Part shown: piece by piece, positions 57,726 to 64,000 of the stretch
Layout: each line of letters starts with the position of its first letter
How positions within the stretch are numbered: the stretch's first letter is position 1
Notes under the pieces: model-generated
What the model saw: the letters and a program-made list of their open reading frames with translations, nothing else
Told to the model about the DNA's origin: nothing
Databases searched by the model: none
Program-made: the position numbers and the translations under genes
Source: Cyanophora paradoxa CCMP329
Lineage: Eukaryota > Plantae > Glaucophyta
DNA length: 64,000 bases
Reading direction: 5' to 3'
Assembly: GCA_004431415.1 (NCBI GenBank)
Contig: QPMI01000437.1
Coordinates: forward strand, 310,001 to 374,000

Positions 57726-58558
57726 ATGGCTGAGCAACCCCACTTGAACGAATTATTACACCTCAACTATCATTAGCTGCCCCAGCAAACCATGTTTTAC
57801 AGCATGCTACTTTTGATGATGTAGAGGGTCTCCAATCAACAGAGGTCCAACCTACAATGAACACCTTTGGTTCCACCCATAAACTGAGATTACAGGAACT
57901 CAGATGTGATAAAAATAATGGAATAGTTAAGACAACTAAGCTACTTGTTACCAATGCAAACTTTTCTGCTCATTATGGAGACCCAGATAGCTATGGAGAT
58001 CCTCTTTCTACTTATTCTTTTGAATCTAGGTCGGGAGCTATTAACTGCAAATCGGGGGGAGCTTATATTGGTGATGGTCTTAGGGTTGGTGGGGCTGTTG
58101 GAGCGCCTCTATTTGTGAATGATCAACCCAATCCCATTGATCCCAACACAAGAATTCGAACCTATGTCCCCAGCATGAATGCCCCCTATATAATCAAGAT
58201 ATTCCCCATTGTTGTAAATGAACAAACAGCAGTAGTAGATTCTCTTGTTGAGATTGGTGACCACTACAAGGTAGTTGTGGATATTCCACCAGATGTTTAT
58301 GCTGTATGTCAAGTGGAGGGTGGAACTCCTAATTTTGCAGTTGTGATCACCCCATATGATAATTTCGGAATTGCTTATCATGGAGTCAATTTCGGTTTGG
58401 AAGACTATCAGTTTCTTGTGAGAGCCACCAAGTTTGGTATCTACAAGTGTGTGATGTTTGCAGAGAGAACCGATTTTATTGCAAAGCAGAATACCTATGC
58501 TGAATACTATGGGACAAATCGATATTTTCCCATTTTTGGGCAGGATACTGCTCCATAA
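57726..58558 (+). CDS. Putative virion structural protein, paralogue B; -1 frameshift at CCCC 57738-57741
   Basis: Adding one C gives MAEQPPLERIITPQLSLAAPANHVLQH…DDVEGLQSTE, which aligns with the paralogue A N-terminus (SLGSPAMHFRQH…DEVRGLESTE). Confidence 0.7.
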
Positions 58559-58580
58559 GAATATTGGTTATATATAGAGT

Positions 58581-58853
58581 ATGGATAGTAAAACAAAAAA
58601 GTTTATTGATGCTGCTATGACAGTTCATGGTAAAGATAAATTCGATTACAGTGAGACACATTACATCAAAGCTCAAGAGAAAGTATCTGTGAGATGTTTG
58701 CAGTGTAATAAAGTGATCCTTACCTATCCCTTTAATCATGTGAAGGGATCAGGTTGTAGGGAATGCAACAAAAAGCATTCTCAGGCTTACAGGAAAAGGG
58801 CTACTTCATCAATCAAAGTAGAGTACAGGGATATTTGCATTAGGTTCGATTAG
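58581..58853 (+). CDS. Single Zn-ribbon (DUF723-like) domain protein, no nuclease domain
   Basis: FIDAAMTVHGKDKFDYSETHY…KVSVRCLQC…HVKGSGCREC, the same repeat unit as in 44790-45719. Confidence 0.7.
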   Translation: MDSKTKKFIDAAMTVHGKDKFDYSETHYIKAQEKVSVRCLQCNKVILTYPFNHVKGSGCRECNKKHSQAYRKRATSSIKVEYRDICIRFD

Positions 58854-58882
58854 GATTAATTAATTTTTCTAAGGTATTCTTA

Positions 58883-59281
58883 ATGGAGACTAAATACAGA
58901 GGCTTTCATGTAATGCTTGATTACAAGGCTAAAACAGCTATAGCAACAGGTTATGAGCATGTTAGCTTCCTAGGTAATTGGATTATGGGAACCCTTGAAC
59001 AAGCAGTATTGAGACAAGGTATTAGGATTGTTCATAAGCATTGTGAGATATTTGATGGCAAACTATCACCTCCTGGTTTTGCATTGGTTCTGCTATTAGA
59101 TGAAAGCCATTGCACAGCTCATTGTTATTCCAATGAAGGCATGTTAGCAATTGATATATTCAGTTGTGGTAAAGAAGCTCAGCATAAAACACAAGCAGTT
59201 GCAGATGAGATCGATAAAACAATGAATTTCCTCACATTTGAGAAGACTGAGAGACATAAACATGATAGATTCCCGTTTTGA
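58883..59281 (+). CDS. speD: S-adenosylmethionine decarboxylase proenzyme homologue (short, prokaryotic-type, pyruvoyl-dependent)
   Basis: G.HVMLDY N-terminus, PPGFALVLLLDESHCTAHCY..EG..AIDIFSCG with an intact E-S-H autocleavage site. Confidence 0.88.
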   Translation: METKYRGFHVMLDYKAKTAIATGYEHVSFLGNWIMGTLEQAVLRQGIRIVHKHCEIFDGKLSPPGFALVLLLDESHCTAHCYSNEGMLAIDIFSCGKEAQHKTQAVADEIDKTMNFLTFEKTERHKHDRFPF

Positions 59282-59537
59282 TAGGTTTATATAATGATAA
59301 TCAGGGTAATTTACCTTTTTTATTACAAAAGCTTTCTACAATGATTATTTTCCGGATTCCGGTCATTCTTTACGATAGAAATTCTACTGTATGATGTAGC
59401 CGAAATATGAATGCACCCTACATTAAGCAATGTCAAATAATTAGAATAATGTTCGATTTCCTTACACTAAAACCTCAGCATCTGCCCTAGATTCCCCCTA
59501 TAATTAAAGTGGAATCAAGGTTGACTCATATTAATCG

Positions 59538-60584
59538 ATAGTATATGGATTTTGTTACGAATTCAATGCAAGGGTTGACTAAGTGGGTTGAGTTGACTCA
59601 AATTTCACAGGAAATAACAATGAATCAGAGTATAAATGCATTTTTTGAGTCAACTACACCAACTAACACTGAGAAAGTAGAAGATATCATATAGTATTAC
59701 CATATATGGTTTGTCAGGCACTATAATATAGTTGTCAGGCAGTAATATAGTATGTCAGGCATTGTCAGGCACCTTTTTAGAAAACTTTTATAAAATTGAA
59801 ATTTCATTGTTAATCCAAACAATGACTTAGCCAAAATAAAATACTTTATGAAAATCGATAGATTTAATGCCTGACAAATAAATGCTGCCTGAAAGATTTA
59901 ACACCAACTAACACTGAGATTTTCACAATATATGAGGTCCTTACTGAATATGGTATGTGTCACAGGTGTCACAGGTCTATCCCGTGGATTTTAAAAATCA
60001 ATTTCTCACTAGGACTTTCCTTGGGATTGACCTGTGACACCTGTGACACCTGTGACACCCAATTTTCTAAGGGTCCCCCCTTAGACTCAACAAAACAATG
60101 ATAAAATCATATAAGTTTCATGTATAATTACGATTGAATTCAATAAGAGATCGATTTATTAATATAAACAAATGAATCATTTATGGATCTTAATCGAGTT
60201 TAGCGATATATTTCCGATTAAATGAATTAAATTTAATTAAATTTAATCGAGAAAGTACATGAATATAATATCGATTAAATCAATTACCTTTTAGACCAAT
60301 CACACATAGTAAAATGCGGAGTTTTAACCAGAGGCAAGATCTAATTGAGATTCAGTTATATTATTCGGAAATATATACAGATTATCGATTGACTCAGTAA
60401 GACTAATCGGAAAATAAGAGAAATTTACGATAAAATATCGAAAAGAATACAAAATAATCGAAATAATTGAATATTCGATAAGATATACACAGATTATCGA
60501 TTGATTGAAATAGAATATACGAGATATATCAACAAAATCAATTAAGATAAGCCGAGGGTTAAAACTCCGCATTTTACTATGTGT
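59538..60584 (-). repeat. Right terminal inverted repeat (1,047 bp; imperfect extension to ~59477)
   Basis: Reverse complement of 32026-33072. Includes the same hairpin (stems 60302-60329 and 60557-60584). Confidence 0.95.
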
Positions 60585-60590
60585 TTGCAA
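60585..60590. repeat. Right target-site duplication TTGCAA
   Basis: Matches 32020-32025. Confidence 0.9.
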
Positions 60591-63500
60591 TCGGCGCGGG
60601 CGCTGTCGGGGACGGTCCCGTTGGGGCAGCGGGTCGGAGAAGACGCCCCGGAGGGCGCCACGGTGCCCGGAGGCACGGCCTCGCACGTCGGCATACCCTC
60701 CGCCCGGTACGTCCCTGCCATGTTATATATAATTAATATGAATGTTATGAGTCCTGAAAACGTGATGTAGATGGAGCTCAGTTTGATTTCTCACCGGTGG
60801 GGCACTGCAAGCAGAGCCTGCCATCCGATGCTGCCGCTTCGCCTGCGGCGCACGGCGTGCAGTTGGCCGCGCCCTCAATCGGAGCCACCCAGTTGTTGGG
60901 GCACGGCGAGCACTGAAGGCACGTTAAGCTTGAAGACGAATCGAGAAGGCGCAATCCAATCTCAAGTTCAGAGCGTGCACGTACCTCTCCTTCACGATCG
61001 GGTTTCTCGTACGTTCCAGGGCTGCATCTCACGCACTGTTTTCTCTCAAGAGAGCTGATTTCTCCCGGGGGACACTTGGCGCAAGAGTCGCCTCTGGGAG
61101 AAGCGTAGTCCGTGCCGCACGTGACGCATTCGCCGTCGACAACGCTCGAACCGGGCCGGCACGTTTCGCAGCCGTCCTGCTCTGCCGTCGACAGCTGGTC
61201 CTGCGCAAGTGCAGGTGGGAATATCAGTTGTGTGGGAAGCGTGCGGATATCTGTGGACGGGAAATAAATGATTGACCGCGGGGCACGTCGAACAAGGCCC
61301 GGCGCCCGAAAGTCCCCTCGAGAGAGTATTGACCCGGCGGACACCTGCGCCATACAATAAGCATCCGTCGCGCGAAGGCAGAATGGAAAGAGCGTCGAGT
61401 TCAAAGCGCACGGCGTGCAGGGGCTAAAAGCAGAGGGCTGGTGGTAGCCCGCCGCGCAGGGTACGCATGCGGTCCTCGCCAGATTCGGGTACTCCCCAGC
61501 TGGGCCTGGAGCGGGCCATCAGCTTTAGATACTAAATATTCTACGATACGATCAGATAAGCTGCCGTGCGTACTGTGCGCCACAACGTTAAACATTGCGC
61601 TTCATTCGCTTAGACGGGGCAGCACTGTACCTGATTTGGAGGGCACATAAGGCATGTAGACGCCCTGGGCTGTGCAAGGTACGTGCCCGCTACGCAGGAG
61701 TAACACGCTGACCGGGCGTCAGACATCGCAGAAATGAAACAAAAATGCTCGCGCTCACCGAAAGCGGAGCCATCCATGACGGTGAATTTGTTCGGCGCGC
61801 AGGGGGTACACGGCATCCCGTCCTCCGTCGAGTACGTGTGCTGGGGACAGTCTGGAGAGGCGTGCCGTCGTGAGCGCGCAGCTGAAACAAGCGCGAAACG
61901 AGGGCGACGGGAGTCGGATTCGAACCGTAGCAGGTAGCGGAGCCGGTGTTCGAGCCCGTGCCTTTGGTGCAGGGGAGGCAGGCGACGGCGCCAGGCGGGC
62001 TGTAGGAACCGGCGGGGCATCTGCAAGATAGCGAGAGAATTTGAATTTGATACCGCCGCCGTCCGACGGACACTCAAGTGAAGCGAAGCGGAAATGAATA
62101 AAGAAGCGGCGCACTCGTCAGCGTCCTCGTCGAGAAGCAGTCCCGCCTTGGAGGATGCCCGACCTGGTTGCAAGCGAATCGCGTCACGCACAGAAATGAA
62201 ACGGCTATAGCTGACCCGTTTGTGCTCGGACGCACCGGCTGGCAGAGGGACACACAAGTCCACGCTGTTCGCAGAGCTGCTGAACACCGCAGCCTGCAAC
62301 GGAGGGTTTGAAAGAATAAAAAATGAATTTGCGGACAACGAGGTTTTCGCGGCAACCTCATGATTCCAGCGTTGTCCGGGAGAGCACCCCGTGTGGAGCT
62401 TGATTATTGTGATGGGATCGGAAACGATGAACACGATCTGCGAGCGTGCATCGGCGCGCGCTTTGCAGGAAACTTCCGAGTTGTACATCGCGACTGGCGA
62501 ACCCATGGCAGCTCCGCGAACGTGGCGTTTCGATCTGCATCGAACATGCGCCCGGAAGAGTAGTCGTCCACGACCATTGCACTGCGAGAATACCAGAATC
62601 GTTAGGCGGCAACGTTAATGCGCAGATCGGATCATGGTCATACGCATGAAAGAATTTAAATGAACCTTAGCACATTGGCTGGAAAGTCCGGTACGAGAAC
62701 GCTGAACGCGACGCTGGCATTGTTAAAAGAGGCTCCGTCGACGCCTGCCAGGCGCAGGAGGCGGGAGGCGGGGGCCCGCTCGCTCTGGCGGCCCATGCGC
62801 TTCGAGTGGATGAAGCGCGGCCGCCGCGAGTCCGCAGCAAAGGCGAAGACGCGCGTGTTCGTCGAGGTGTGGACCTACACACGCACACGCGCAAGATACC
62901 ACTTAATATTAGACTTTGACAGATCTAGACACTCTTGACGGACCTCCTGTACGATGAAGAGAACGCCGTCCTTGTACACAGCGGCGGCCACGCTCGTCCA
63001 ATCGCTCCGCGATCCCGTCCACCCGGTGGAACCGTAGATCCGCACCTCGCCGTCCACGGCGCCCGCCATGCCGCTCCGGTAGCTGTCCGGCTTGGCCAGG
63101 CGGACGACCCGATCGCCCGTGACGTAGAAGGCGTAGCGCCCGTTCGGCGGATCCACGAGGCGCCCTTCCAAGTACTGCGCATGCCCCAGAGCGTTTCAAA
63201 CTCGCTGTGAAGTACAAGGGCAAGGCAACAGCACATCCTCGGGGCGCACCCCGTAGCCCGAGCCAGCGTGCAGGGGCCGTTCGTTTTGGACCTGCGCGCG
63301 GGTCGCAGATGAGGAGCGGTCTTGGCTGCAGTTATCGTCATTACGTAAGCGAGGTCCAGACGCAGTGATATTCGAACAAAATCCAGCTCGACATCAGGCT
63401 TTACATTAGCCAAGCAATTATATATAATTAGATGCGCACGATCCAGTGGTCGGCCAGCGGTAGCGTATCAGTGCGGAGGATCCGCGGGGCCGAGTGGACG

Positions 63501-63983
63501 ACGACGCCCGTGCGATACTTGTTTCCCGGGGCCCGCGCGGGCTTCTCAGTGAACGACGACGGGTCGACAGCCCACGTCAGAGCCTGGAATAATTCACTCG
63601 GGCGTCACCGTTGAGCCCAGTAAGAATACATAACACGCCCAATTACGCACGGCAGTAACGTGAACGATGGGAAGACTGGTGCAGACGCCCCCAAGCAAAG
63701 CCCCAGGGCACGCCGCCGTCGGAAACAACGGCAGGCGAACTATAGCGTGGTAGAGCAGAGGCCCGCCCTCTTCCACGCGTCCGTCCGCGCGCACCGCCTG
63801 CAGGGAAGCCCCGGGGGGGAACGAGTCCGCGAAGAAGGCGCCGCCGGCCTCGGGCCACGGGACCGACGGGTAGACGGATCTGGCCGTAGGCGAGTACTCG
63901 GCCGGATCCGGCGCAAGCGCCGTGAAGTTTAATTTCAGCAGGGCGACTCCGAAAGCGAGGGAGCAGGCTTTCAGAAGGGGCAC
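60585..63983 (-). CDS. 5' part of the Cys-rich surface-protein gene interrupted by the virus
   Basis: Signal-peptide-like MPLLKACSLAFGVALL at 63983 (linkage to the downstream exons is inferred). Cys-repeat exons (CPAGSYSPPGAVACLPCTKG; CSPCPNNWVAPIEGAANCTPCAAG). The exon GTYRAEGMPTCEAVPPG…CPNGTVPDSARAD runs into the TSD. Confidence 0.75.
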
Positions 63984-64000
63984 AACCGCCGGACCGCCGC

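Larger units (their letters stand above)
32026..60584. mobile_element. Complete endogenous Polinton-like virus / Maverick-type element (28,559 bp)
   Basis: Abrupt switch to AT-rich, intronless, densely packed ORFs. ~1,047-bp TIRs, 6-bp TSD, rve integrase, pPolB, packaging ATPase, MCP and pentons. Confidence 0.97.

Noticed and set aside
34990-57745. Programmed -1 ribosomal frameshifting at the six breaks
   Set aside because: There are no canonical X XXY YYZ heptamers, one break falls inside the patatin GGGxR motif and another five codons after a start. Sequencing error is simpler.

Overview
GC-rich, intron-dense eukaryotic (protist/algal-type) genomic DNA interrupted by a complete, AT-rich, 28,559-bp endogenous Polinton-like virus (32026-60584). 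The element has ~1,047-bp terminal inverted repeats (TIRs) and a 6-bp TTGCAA target-site duplication. It sits inside an exon of a large minus-strand Cys-rich surface-protein gene, and removing it restores the reading frame (…SARAD-C-NQCPK…). It encodes an rve integrase, a protein-primed PolB with degenerate proofreading motifs, a PolA-like (TVpol) primase-SF3 helicase, an A32-like packaging ATPase, a double-jelly-roll major capsid protein, two divergent pentons, a patatin-discoidin fusion, a ~1,900-aa phage-like fibre with an S74 chaperone, a Zn-ribbon/PD-(D/E)xK nuclease and an S-adenosylmethionine decarboxylase homologue. No maturation protease is visible. The most unusual features are: 283-nt fold-back hairpin termini; a stack of different iteron-like modules in the TIRs, one of which also brackets the helicase gene in inverted orientation; strong CpG depletion that spares TCG/CGA contexts; and the AdoMetDC. 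Six -1 frameshifts in viral genes are each repaired by one extra base in a short run, so the virus is probably intact. Host genes include an anoctamin/TMEM16, an F-box/LRR protein, an RCC1-like fragment, several hypothetical genes and a small MITE. Exon coordinates for host genes are approximate, and all family calls come from motif recognition by eye, not database searches.
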